This document shows, one piece after another, positions 40,031 through 52,570 of a stretch of DNA of 64,000 nucleotides. The notes under the pieces are model-generated. The model worked only from the letters and a program-made list of their open reading frames with translations, made no database searches and was not told where the DNA came from. This stretch comes from Blasia pusilla (lineage: Eukaryota). The stretch spans positions 49,910,001-49,974,000 of the forward strand of contig CM114271.1 in assembly GCA_050084515.1 (NCBI GenBank), in the 5' to 3' direction. Numbering within the stretch: the stretch's first letter is position 1; every line of letters begins with the position of its first letter. The translations under genes and the position numbers were made by a program.

Positions 40031-43000
40031 AGATATCCGTTCATTTCTCGATTCAATGCTATCAAATTGAGCATAGATCCATACTTCCGGTGCAATTGAA
40101 TGTGTGGCTTTTATTGCGGGGCGGGAGATGTCATACAGAGCTGGATTCGTGAGTGCCCTTCATGAAGGTATTCGGTTATTCTATCATTTCTAGAAGTGTT
40201 GTGTGTGTCTGTGTTTAGGTTTTAGGGTTTGCAACTACACTTCCGATTCACACCTACATGTAGAGTTATGAAAATGGTTTAGGGAATTGGATTCAGTTAT
40301 CATTTGTTTAACTAGATCTATAGTTCCAATTCATAGGTACTCCCGACCGACAGAAGCTGGCTTTGGTTGGTCGGGAGTACCTAAGAATCGGAATTGAGTA
40401 GGAACTTTGGCTGATTCGAGTGATGTTGTCACAGTGCAATTGCAGCGTTGAGGCCTCCAACCTCCTTACTGCATTTTAGATCTGAATGCGTTTTGCAGCT
40501 CACTAGCCGTGCTTTTCGAGGAGTTAGGTCACTGGTCTATATATCTATTGCGTTTGTGGTTTAAACTTCTGTCATTTAGTTCCAGCTTACTAAAGTAGAT
40601 AATGATGGAGGAATAAGGAGAAGGAGGAACATGAAAGGCCGCAATACTTGGCTTCTGACGCTTGGGTTTCTTCCTGACAATGTATTTACTTTCATTAAAG
40701 GGATTGACTCGTGCTGTTTTGATAACTGAAATAACGGTTAGTATGTTAAGATCTACACAAGGAACCACAAAGATTATAATCTGCCATGTTCACTCAATTA
40801 TGAACTTGAGATCCTATTGCAAGCCGTTACAAGCCTAAATTGGTTATGGTTCGAATGTAGTACCCCTTCAAATGCTGAAATAGTCCGTTCAGACGTGGTA
40901 ACGTTTCTGATGTAGTAGCCTTTCCGATGTGGTAAGGATCTAGACGTAGTACCCTCTCGGATATCGTAGTGCTCTAGCCTTGTAGCCCTTCAAGTTTGCA
41001 TGAGCGACACACATAGTAGCCCTTCAGGCTTGGAAACCCATTAGACTTGGAACCCCTTGAGAAGGTATCACGGCTTCTAACGTCATGGCGATTCAGACGT
41101 AGTACCCCTTCGGCGTTGTGCTAAGTTATTTGTACTGCCGACAAAGACTCAATCATGAAGAATTGCTACCGTTCACTACTTCGTGTTTCGATTGGTAGAG
41201 GTTTGGATGCAGTAATTTTGCAATTTCCCTACAAATGCATTCTATTGTAGCCACAAGAGCCGACATAGTTTTGGTGTGCGAATGTACGCTAGTAACTAAT
41301 ATGGAAGTTTAATTGAACCGCGAGGGTAGATTGGAACGTATGTAGGGGTAAGGAATCTTGTAACACAATCAGGCTCCTGTCAAATTTCCTCCTCTTTCAG
41401 ACAGTGAGTTTCTTACCAAGGTGGACGTCATCCTTGTTGGGTTCAGTCGGGTGTTGGGGACATTATCATTGTAAGTTTTATATCAATTCCTAGATTTGCG
41501 AGAGAAACGGAAGGACAACTGTTGATACGTTTCTAAATCAGGAGTTTGAATTGAATCTGGTGGTGTCAGCGGACCCCTTGGTTTCAAAATCTTTAGCTCA
41601 TTGAATTCCATCGTAGACCAGAGCAACAATTGCCCAAGGGATCAAGTTCCGAAATTCTTGAGATTGTGCAGATCTCCACTTTCCAATTCACCAAGGTTAG
41701 TTCATGTCTACATATGTTTGCACTAAATTGATTTATGATGAGTACTATATTGCTTGATTCTTGCCTATCGTGTGTGTTAAGAAAAGGGTTTTCTCTCCTA
41801 TGTTTAACGCATTGCTTACGAATTCTCGTGTTGCAGTAAAGTTTTTCGGTCTACAATCATGGTTAAGAAGCAGATTCTTACTCGGAAAAAGGTTCTAGGC
41901 GCTTTGATTCGCGATCAAAGAAAGCCTTTCATTTTGAATTTCTTAAAGGATGAACTTTAGAATATCGGCTGCGCAAGGGATGTCCAAAATAAGACTGAGT
42001 GTCAAACTTGCAAGGAAGGAGAGCGTAATTTTGGATGGAATGCGCTTGATTGGATGTAGCATTGTTGCTAGTGACACGTTCTTGGTGTTGCATCTTTTAG
42101 ATGCGGATAATGAAGAGAACTATCATGTGGATGTTACTCAATCCGTCATTTATCGAGCCGAACTGAATTTGGGAGTTCAAACTCTTCTCTCCGATGTCCA
42201 AAAGCTAGTGATGAGAGGTCTTGTTTCATCGGACATTTAGGACATTGGTCCATTTTTTAGAGAGGTGCTTCGGGTAGCTACCACCGAGTTTGCGTTACCA
42301 TTGATGGTACAAAAAGAAAAAAAGGTAGCGGGTATTGGGTTGGGAAAAGACACGACATGTGCTCGTCTAGCAAAGGCTATAGACTCTACGTTGGAAATTG
42401 GGTCTATTGTGATAGTCCAGGAAAACAAAGTCGCCGAGCTTGATGCAAGGGCAACACAAGAACTCATCGTAACAACCATCGGAACAGTGCTTGCTGGTGA
42501 GCGGGCAAGAAGTTGCCCATTTTTTCCTTAATGAGTACGACCTGCACGAATTGAAGCATCATCTTTTCGGCTACATCATCGCAAAGGCTAAGGATTGGGA
42601 TGTGGACATGTGCAGTTTGGACAAGGAGTATCAGAAGAAGAATTACGATAAGTTCCAAGCTATCTACCAGACCCTAAAAGAAGATCTCCAAATTGATTTC
42701 ACGAGGATTGTTCTGACTTCGAGGAAGGGAAGGTTTAGTTGAAGTAACTTTGCCGATGGACTCAATAAGTATATTATGAGGTTCAGGAAGAGATTACCGA
42801 CCTTGCCACGGATGAGACACTCTTGCGATTGAGCAGGAAGAGACCTCAGCGAGGGTAATAGGTAGCTGAAATGACACTCTATTTTGATGCCATTGGGTAC
42901 ATTTGTAAATAGAACGTGAAATGTAGCATATTGAAGTGGATGGATTAAAGAAGTATACTGCCCAGGTTTGAGCACGTTGATGTCATAGATATAGCAAGGG

Positions 43001-43329
43001 ATGAGAATCTCCTCTGATTGGAAATGTATTGTCACCACTTGTAAATTCTATGGTACTAGATATTTGTAGTCATGTACAGCGGGAATTGTAACCTATTGCA
43101 GAGAATGAAAGCTAAAATTGCGAGAACTGTAACATATTGCAGAAAGTGGAAGCTAAAGATTATAAAGCCATGTCATATTCGGGGATATTTTTTAATCATC
43201 TCGAATTGGAACTTGAGTTCCAAATCTTATCTATTCAATGAGCATCTTTACTTTCATCTAATGATTGTGTGATCGACTTGTTATGTGACATGCGTGTCCA
43301 ATTTCTTATATTAGAGCTTGCATCCTCAA

Positions 43330-44470
43330 CATTGCCATCCTCTAGATCAATTGGAACTATAGTTCCAATAAGCCCGCTTGTGAGATCCCTTCCTTGGGAA
43401 CAATTGTAGAATCGGAACCGTAGTTTCGATTGTGTCCCAAACTGCCGCGCCCGCTGAAAGTCATTTAGAGCCAAACTAAGTAGGAGTCCAATTGGATCCT
43501 AAGATCCAATTCAGCCGTAGAAGGCGTTCGGTAAAGGGAAATCCCCATCCTCGATTGGAACCGTGGTTTAGAATTATCTGCTCCTTGCATCCCAACAGGT
43601 CGGCAACAAGTGGAGAATCAAAACGTTAGTTCCAATTGTGTCCAAGACTGCCGTGCCCGCTGAAGGTCATTTGGAGCCAAACTCAGTTGGAGTCCTATTC
43701 GATCCTAAGATCCAATTCTGGCTGCAGAAGGCGTCCGGTAAAGGAAAATCCCCATCCTCCATTGGAACTGTAGTTTCAAATTGCGTGCTCCTTGCATCCC
43801 AATAAGTCGGCAACAAATAGGGAATCGGAATGCTAGTTCCGATTGTGTCCTAGAGTGTCGCGCCCATTGAAGGTCATTTGGAGTCAAACTTAGTCAGAAT
43901 CCAATTGGAACCTAAGATCCAATTCCGGCCGTAGAAGTCGTCTGGTGAAGGAAAATCCCCATCCTCGATTGGAACTGTACTTGCGAATGGCCTGCTCCTT
44001 GCATCCCAATAGGTCGGCAACAAGTGGGGAATCAGAACCTTAGTTTCGATTGTATCCCAAACTGCCGCGCCCGCTGTAGGTCATTTGGAGCCTTACTTAG
44101 TCAGAGTCCAATTGGATCCTAAGATCCAATTCCGGCCGCAAAAGTCATTCGGTAAAGGGAAATTCCCATCCTCGATTGGAACTGTAGTTCCGAATGGCCT
44201 ACTCCTTACATCCCAATAGGTCGGCGGACATTGGAGAATCGGAACCTTAGTTCTGATTGTGTCCCAGACTGCCTTGTCTACTGAAGGTCATTTGGAGCCA
44301 AACTTAGTCTGAGTCCAATTAGATCCTAAGATCCAATTCTGGCCACAAAAGGCGTCTGGTAAAGGGAAATCCCCATCCTCAGTTGGAACTGTAGTTCCAA
44401 ACGGCATGCTCCCAAGATCCCAATGGGTCGGCAAGAAATGTAGTTCTAAGCTCACTTGGAACTGGAGTGT
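43330..44470. repeat. Tandem array, about 207-bp monomer, about 5.3 copies
   Basis: AAGATCCAATTC at 43501, 43707, 43914, 44121 and 44328. Confidence 0.93.
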
Positions 44471-45429
44471 CCATTGCTTTTTTTTGGCACTCGGTGGGAG
44501 CTTCTCGGGGACCGAACCAACACATTGGGTTGTCAACTTCATGGCTATCTCGACCGGTGGAAACCAAATACTTCCGAGTTCTTTGGAACTAGAGTTCCAA
44601 ACACCATTCAATAACCTTCCAGTGGAACGATAGTTCGAAATGCCACAGAAATATCAGTAGGATGTATTCCAAAGCCCGAAAAATTCCTTCAGTGGGAAGC
44701 AGTACGTCTACGAGCAGTAGGACTTTACAGATTCCTCCCGGCTAGGGAAAAGCGGGGTTGGGGCGAATGGTCCATGAGGCCAAGATTATTTATTTCTTTA
44801 CTTGAGAATGCTTTGGAATTGGGTCTTAAGGTCCGATTTGGATGACGAACGCACGAACCTTGGCAAAGTCCGCATTCAATCGTCTGCCACCTCCTCTACT
44901 GTGAAGTCGTGAAATAAATTAGTTTATGTTGCAAATATTGCTCTAACGGGTGTACGAAGACTTTAACCACATCACACACTAGCCTTCGCTCTCTCAAGAT
45001 GTCCAAAGAAACGAACAAAATAAACACTGTCAATATCATTCTTAATGTTTTAACTTCAAGATCATACTATATAGGCCGTCGGCGACTAAAAGAGACTTGA
45101 TTGGTTGCAAAAGAACCTGAACATATGGTCATATTTAAATGGACTTAAATCCTCATTTTACTTGTAAGCATGACTTCAAGAAAGTCGAAAATCCAGGAAT
45201 GTTTTAATTCACTAGGAATGTCAAAACTAGTATTTTAATTGACTTCATGTGGTTAATAGCAAGTCTTGGCCAATGCATAAATATTAGTGAACAATAAGTG
45301 AATAGTTACAACTCTTACTCAAAATTTAAGGACTTGGTATTTTAAAGATACTTTGTGGTCTTCTTTGCTATGGCCCATATTCTCATTTAGTACCCTTAAG
45401 TTGCCTTATCTTACTTCACATCATATTAT

Positions 45430-46515
45430 GTAGCAAGTCATGGCCAGTGCGGATCTATGAATGAACATCAACAAGCCCTAGACAAAAATGCCCAACAAGT
45501 CCCCTACTAGCACTCGAGCTCGCACCCATTTTTTAGCTTGCCGTTGACCGTAGGGCGAACTCAAGCCTTTGCAATGTCGCGATACTCATAACCAAATGAG
45601 CGCCAAGCACAACATCTGAACTCTAGCAGGCTCACACTAGGATGGTTTGAGACGCAAGAGACATAAGTGATGGGACGCGAACAAGGTTGAGGTTTTCATG
45701 CGTTTATGGCCGCGAGTAGGAAACCTGGACGAAACATGAACCAAGACTTGAGAGGAGTCGAGTCCATGAAAGTTGGTTTCCAAAGTGGTCAGAACCTAAT
45801 TTGGAACGTGACTACGATTTTTTAGTTTTGAATGTATTTTGGACCATAAACTTTAGTCCCAAGATGTGTTTGGGACAAGTAAGATGGCATTGGGAAGCTT
45901 ATGCGAAGTTGATTCCAACGCACGAAAGATCTCAACAAACACACAAGAGTTGGCTGGGATATTTTCCGAAAATGATTGTACGAGGAGTTGGGTTGAGGGC
46001 CAAAGAGAGAGGCTCGGCTGTCTCTTCCCCAAAGGCAGGGGGAAGGCGGGGATCCCAGAAGTACTAGTAAGGGGGAGGGTCTAAAAGGGTGCTTCCAACT
46101 CGAGCCCCACTTTGGGGCACCGCTGGGCAACTCAAGGGTACGGAATGGATTAAGAGTTTTGGCGTTGGGATTCGAAACCCAAACCAATTCCAATAGAGTG
46201 GAGTTCAAAGATCCCTATTGGATTCCAAGCCGGAGCCCATTTAGTTGGGTCTTGGTTTGGGGCTCATCAGAGATTTATTAGACAATTGGGATTGCTAAGC
46301 GCGCTAGCGACGTTTTGGATGTCTAGACTAACTAGAAAGTCCGTCCCAAGTCTTGAAAGACTTGCCCATGTTGGGAGGCTAGGAGTTAGGGAAGGTTGAG
46401 CTTGATGAGGTGCTAAGTTGAGAACTCATGGGGTTGGAAGGCTGATTGACCCAATCTAGACTAACGTGAGTGTGTTTGGGTGCAGATTGATAATGAGAGT
46501 GTGTCCTACTAAACA
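45430..46515 (-). mobile_element. LTR-like fragment
   Basis: The end ...GTGTCCTACTAAACA (46460-46515) is the reverse-complement homolog of TGTTTAGTAGGACAC... at about 60847-60904. The left boundary is uncertain. Confidence 0.5.
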
Positions 46516-46554
46516 TACACTTCCACAACTCTAAAGATTGACGTTCAAGGGGAA

Positions 46555-46947
46555 CAGGTGCACGACATGCAAGGCTTACGGTTGAGCCCGCACAAGGCTA
46601 GTATGGCGGGATCAAGCCCACATAAGGCCCACTGTTGAGCCAACAGAATGCGTGTATGGCGGGCTCAGGCTGCACCCTACGTGCGCCTAAGCCCTATGTT
46701 GGCTCAGCCATGGGCTTGTGTAGGCTTAGCGACGGACCCTACGCGAGCGTGAACTCGACCAATGGGGGCCTAGTACACCCTACAAGCCTATCGCAGACCG
46801 CACGCGCGCTACAAAATGGTGCCGGCTCGGCCAACCCGGGTCGACGTTACGGGCTCGGCGGGCTTGGGTTCTCGGACCCGCACGAACATATACGTCCTTG
46901 GGACGGACATAAGTACGCGGACACAGACTTTGTTCGTGTGCAACCTC
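46555..46947. mobile_element. Shorter copy of the GC-rich hAT-like element
   Basis: The 3' end GGACATAAGTACGCGGACACAGACTTTGTTCGTGTGCAACCTC matches 27385-27430. Confidence 0.65.
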
Positions 46948-48354
46948 ACACCATTGGCTCATACAATCCGCATATTACTTGTTATGGGCGTATATCGGAA
47001 TGTGGTGGTAACCACCTCCAAATTCAATGTTGATTAATAAGTGCAAAAATTCAGAAAATGCAACACATAATGCTTTGGCTAGCCTTAGATGTTACAAACC
47101 ATCCATTGCAAAGAAAGTGCAAGGCTCTAGAGTAAGGATACAAGTAGTAGTTTTTGTGCAGGACATGGAGAGTGTCCCGCACAAAAACTACTCCTTTCAT
47201 TTTGCAACTCATGACCATTTCAACCAATAAGATTGCTCGCTGCTAAAACAATAACTTTTTTAAAAACTTAATAACTTTAAAATTTTATTATCATTAAAAA
47301 AATTCAATGATATCTTGAGAAAAATATCGCCCCATTTGAGCCAGCGCATCGCACATAGAATTCAGTATACTCATCCAAAAAGAAATCAGTGAGTAGGTGT
47401 ATGCCAGTTTCGTTACAATCGTAGACAATGTCCGGGAGAACGGGGTTACGTGTTGAGCTGGCCGGGAGAAATTGAGAATTTACGATTCTGTTCGTCATTT
47501 ACCGGCCAAAGACCGAGGGTTGAGGGAGGGTGTCCTTTGTATTCGTATCTGTTTAGGTGGCTGAAACGACGAAAACTTCAAAAATCCACGCTCGGTTTAG
47601 TAGAGACCGGAAATGTGCCCGTTGTCACGAAAAAACTCCCCGGACCCTGGTCCTAGACTCCTGCAGAGGTCCATCGGACTTGAAACGACTCTGATTCATA
47701 TATCATTAATACGTTTGACCTTAGATGTACGTTATAAAGTCAGCAACAATGATTTGTACACGTCTTGGCTCCCAACCTGACACGCGTCGTCCGGGAAATT
47801 TGCACAGGTAAACAATACAATTCGAACAATATTGATCCTTACCCTATACACAGTGTTACACACTAATACCAGATACCGTGTGATCAGATTATCTATATTC
47901 TTCTTTCGTCTGTGTACATTCTGTGTTGTAGGGACTCCCGTGCATGGCACAGGAGTCTAGGGATTGCGCCTTATCTTGCTCCCAGTAGAATAAGAAACAT
48001 GTCAATCGGGGAAAACATTAAGAAGGCACTCATTAATATAGATTTGTGGTTTTTAGATTAGCAGCCCTCGAATTCCTCTCGCTTCGATTCGCACGGTGTA
48101 CCCTCCTACCTCCTCCCTCGAATCGGAGCTATTCTACACTGAGCGCATTTGCATTCGGTTAAATGAACTTGATAAATCTGCGATGCGATATTTGTTCCAA
48201 GCTTCATGTATTGCATGCAGTTCGTATCGGCTCCGCAGCGGCGACAGCACTCCGAAACAAAATGATAATTAGGCCGCTTTGTGCATCTGAAGCGATGGCT
48301 ACGGATTCCAAAGCATTTTTCGCACTGAACACTTGCGCGCGCCTATCTCTAAAC

Positions 48355-48707
48355 AATACTGTCGCCTCATGTGCCCATTTCGATCTGCGAAGCTTCTCGG
48401 AATGGTATGGAATTCCAATCTATGGAATTCCACTTGACTTGGACAAAAGAGTCATGCCGTAGCTGAGCTGGCACTATTATACATCATCAAAGTGACCGGA
48501 TTCAATATGAAAATCCATACTCCCATATTAGCTTGAAGTCCCGGTAGCATACTCCTAAACCGACACTTTGATATCGACTCTTTTGTCCAAGTCAAGTGGA
48601 ATTCCATAGATTCCAGGGAGGAGATCGAGTAGCATACGAACTTCAGTGGTGCACGGCTTTCCCGAGAAGCTTCGCAGATCGAAATGGGCACATGAGGCGG
48701 CAGTATT
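48355..48707. repeat. Two-arm inverted repeat (foldback)
   Basis: 48355-48400 pairs with 48662-48707 (45/46), and 48417-48453 pairs with 48576-48612 (37/37). Confidence 0.95.
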
Positions 48708-49029
48708 TTCATAATCCAAGTGGAGTAAAGCACGAACGCTCGGCTTCAATGCAGAAGCATTTGTTTACTTTACCGGGGGAGTGCTTGACTTGAGAACACA
48801 CCATACCGGCTTGAAGCGGCCGATCGGAGTACTATTCGAGCTATGGATTCCTCCGAATACTGTTCTAAGTTGAAGCGGTTGAACTTCCCTACTTTTACCA
48901 AACCCGCGATTTGTTTTTTTGTCTTAAAATCGTTTGACGGATCTATCGCATTATAGCTGGTGCTCGAACATGATCAAATCCGATTTGAGTCCCATTCCAC
49001 GATTCACAAGGATTGACGGATTCCTTGTG

Positions 49030-49647
49030 TGAGTGGATACACACATATGTGGTTCATGCGTCCATCAAGTTGAGCAGGAACATGCGGTCAATGTCGAGTA
49101 TTGTTCATGAGAGTGGCTTCCATGTGAAGAGATAGCTTTCATGTTAATCTTTATATGACGCGAGAGGCTAAGGGACTCCTTTATTCATGCTCATCTTTAT
49201 ATGACGCGAGAGATTGAGATGGTGGTGGTGGATGCTGTAGTGACGGATCCTACACGGGAGGTTGTGCCAACCCAAGTGGTGGCACAAGGGAGATTGTTAC
49301 AAGGAGGAGCGGCGGCGAAGAAGACTCTTATCTATAGTCGACTCCACGACGGACATTGGTTTGTTCCCCTAGCCATTGAGATGTATGGGGCTATGGGGGA
49401 GAGGTTTGACTAGTTCCTTATGGACTATGCTCATCATCTCCAACCGAGAAATGGGTTGTCCTTAACTACCGCGATTCTTTATTGTAGGCAACGAGTCTCC
49501 ATAGCTTTGCAACGTGCCCAGGCCAATGTGCTTTTGCGGCGGGCTCAAGCTATGGGAGACGTCGGCCCTAGAGGCCCACTTGAGAGTAGTCATAGTTCAT
49601 TAGGAGTTGCTGATATTGTTTATGTTGTTGGTGAGTTTAGTCGATAG
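49030..49647 (+). mobile_element. 3' fragment of a CRE/R2-group non-LTR retrotransposon (restriction-like endonuclease domain)
   Basis: VVDAVVTDPT...AAAKKTLIY...FVPLAIEMYGAMG...RQRVSIALQRAQA is the typical RLE C-terminal signature. One internal stop. Confidence 0.8.
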
Positions 49648-49658
49648 GAGGAATGCCC

Positions 49659-52570
49659 TGTCGTGCGAATACACATCGCTGCCAACATACATCGGCTGTC
49701 GTGCACACACATGTCTAAGATCCATCTAGCTATGAATCCTAACATCTCTACACATGAACAATTGGACAACCCCAATCGCTCCCCTAGCTAGTGGTTAGGT
49801 CCCTCTAACTCTAGATAGCCTATAAAAAAAGTCTAAATGCTATTCACCTTGTCGGTGCTAAGATTAGGAGGTCGGGGGCTATAACGCCCCATCGTTAGTC
49901 ACCCTCATGCAATCCATAATATCAAGAGTCATCTTGTATCTACTTATCACACCTGTGTACATCTGGGACAAAGCCAACGTCCCTGAGGAACCTAGTCAAG
50001 AGGCGGCGCCAAACACAACATATGCCATCCTCGAGAACTCCCATCACAAACTAGCATCGTGGCTACGCCTCTAGCAGATCCACACAACATGCATCTCAAG
50101 CCTACAGGAACAACTTCCAAGCAAAAACTTCCTCCCATCTACGTTCAAAAGATGACATGGCGCACAATCACCCACATGATCTTTCCAAATGGTACCATCA
50201 CGACCCTCTAAAACAAGGACTCTTGAAGGTAAAATCTCTCGCACTCGCAGAATAGTGCATCCCGCCGTCACGTCCAATGTCGTCGGCGTTGTATGTTGTA
50301 GGTAGACATAATCCCCAGGATGGAATCGCCGAATCTGTGGTCAATAGCCTCCTCCACGCGTAGTCGTGTGCCTCAGAGTATCGCGATGTTGAGCGATAGC
50401 GTGGATCTCAAATGCCATAGGAATGACTCTCCAAAAGAGCTCAGCCCGATGAGAACACGCTTGCACCCATACATGTGGATCGTTGAGGTCAAGTACCTCA
50501 ACCACATCTTGTCAAATTGACGACGGTAATTCTAGCTCTCTCCCATGGAGCAAGAAATACGATGAAAATGATGCCAAGGATGCCTGCCGACTGAAGCGGT
50601 AACCCATCCCCAACCACGGCAACGGTAGGTCCCAATCTCCTAAGTGTCCTCTCTGCAGTCCATACTTACGCAATCCTCTCTTCACCGTTTGCACAACTCT
50701 CTCTGCCTAACCATCTGCCTCCGGATGATCTCGAGAAGTCGTACGATGATCTATTAGTGCCTCATCACACAAGGCGTGAAAGTCACCCCTAAACTCAGTA
50801 TCGTGGTTTGTCAACACATTTGTTGGTTCCCCGAAATGACTAAGCACTCTATCAAGAAATGCATAAGCCGCTCCCTCACTCGACCTGTCCAACAACGATA
50901 CCAACTCTATCCACTTGGAGAAGTGCTCCACCATGACCAACACGTACTGACTATGGCATCCCGTCAATGGTAAAGGCCTTGCAAAGTCTAAACTCTAGCG
51001 ATACCCTAATCCCATGATCGTAAAGGATGTAAGTGTGGTGTCGGAGCATTGAATGATGCCCGCACCCTATCACATACAATGCATTTGGCTACAAATTTTT
51101 GAACATAAGTGTGCATACGACGCCACCAATACTGAATGTGAATCAAGCTATACGTACGCTTGACTCCAAAATGCCCAAACTCCTCGTGAGCATGTCTCAC
51201 GACTTGTGCTCGCTGGGAAGGATGCGGCACCATCCGCACTCGTCCATCCTCCCAAACTCAAAGCACATGTGTCCCCTCCCACATGAACCTCCTGACCCGC
51301 CGTAGGACTCGATCCTGCTTCTAGCACACATCGTGCTCGCTAAGACACCAGTGTGCGCGTACTCCAAGACCATCTCATCATCGTGAATGTCTAGAGTCCC
51401 TGTCGACTCCTCACTAGCATCTGGATCTGAGGACTCACCATCCAACCTCCCTACTGCTGACCTGACATAGCCAACAAACACAAATAGGCATATGCGTGCC
51501 AAACCGACACCATCTCCTCATCACTCTCACCATGCCACCGCGCTCCACTTGCATCGCTTTGGCTCGTGCATGGGTTACGACTCAACCCCTTCCGCATCCT
51601 GGTTCAGATATCCTGGGCGATGGACAACCTGAAAATCGTACTCATGCAACAGGAGTGACCATTTGGCAAGCTTCCGACATCTCGCATAATCCAAACCAGC
51701 CAAAATCCTATCCATAACTCGCTGAAAACCGGCAAGGGCGTTCTTCAACCCAAATGGTGAGAACCGCCACTGGTACAAACAATCTCTCCCGAAAGGATCT
51801 ATCCCCCAAAATGCTCTCTTTTCCCTGTCCTCCACTCAGATGGGCAACTGATGATAGCCAGCACCGAGATCCAAACAACTGAAGATCCTTGCATGCCCCA
51901 TCGCATCAAAGATCTCCTTTAGAGTAGCCATTGCATAGCGATTGACCTTTGTATGCCGATTGATAGGACCGTAATCCCCACACATCAGCCTATCGGTCTA
52001 TTGGCCATGCATGTCCTTCTTTGCCGGCATAACTGTGGCAGATGCATACTCTCCAAGCAATCTCTCCACTTGTCCAGCGTCAGCCAAGTCTCAACTCCTA
52101 CTCTGAATCAAGGCTCGCTCTATGTCGGAATACCTGTAGGGTTGTCTGAAGATAGGAGTATCACTATCCAACTCAATCCGAATACTTGGACCCTTCAACG
52201 TACCCAAGTCGTGCATACTATAAGCAAAACAATCTTTGAATCTCCACAAGAATTGCAACACTCGTCTCCTCTCCGCTTCTGTCAACCTAGGACTAATCAC
52301 CGGCTCCCAAGTTTCTCTCCCAACCACCACCCTCCTTTGGAAAAGAGGAGGGTGGTGGTTGCTAACTAGCAACCTCTGAAACAACAACATGAGCTCCCAA
52401 CTCAGACACCAACTCTCTAGGCACTCCACTATGTCCTACATCAGCGAAATGAACTCCCATCTCTGTGTGCTCTCATAACATGTCCCATGAAGTCCATGGA
52501 TGCCTCTCCATCACCATTGCGCCCTAGAAAAGAATCATCCTAACGAATGGGACCAATCAATCCCACTGAA
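49659..52570 (-). mobile_element. PHD-finger Ty3/Gypsy element: RT N-half, deleted RT/RNase H core, integrase, PHD, 3' LTR
   Basis: PIFRQPYRY, FGLKNA, HEEFGHFG...CIVC, VEHFSKW, HPEADG. PHD CMLC...CDGS..GWHMLCL...WLCPRC (49959-50093). LTR about 49659-49886. Confidence 0.92.
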
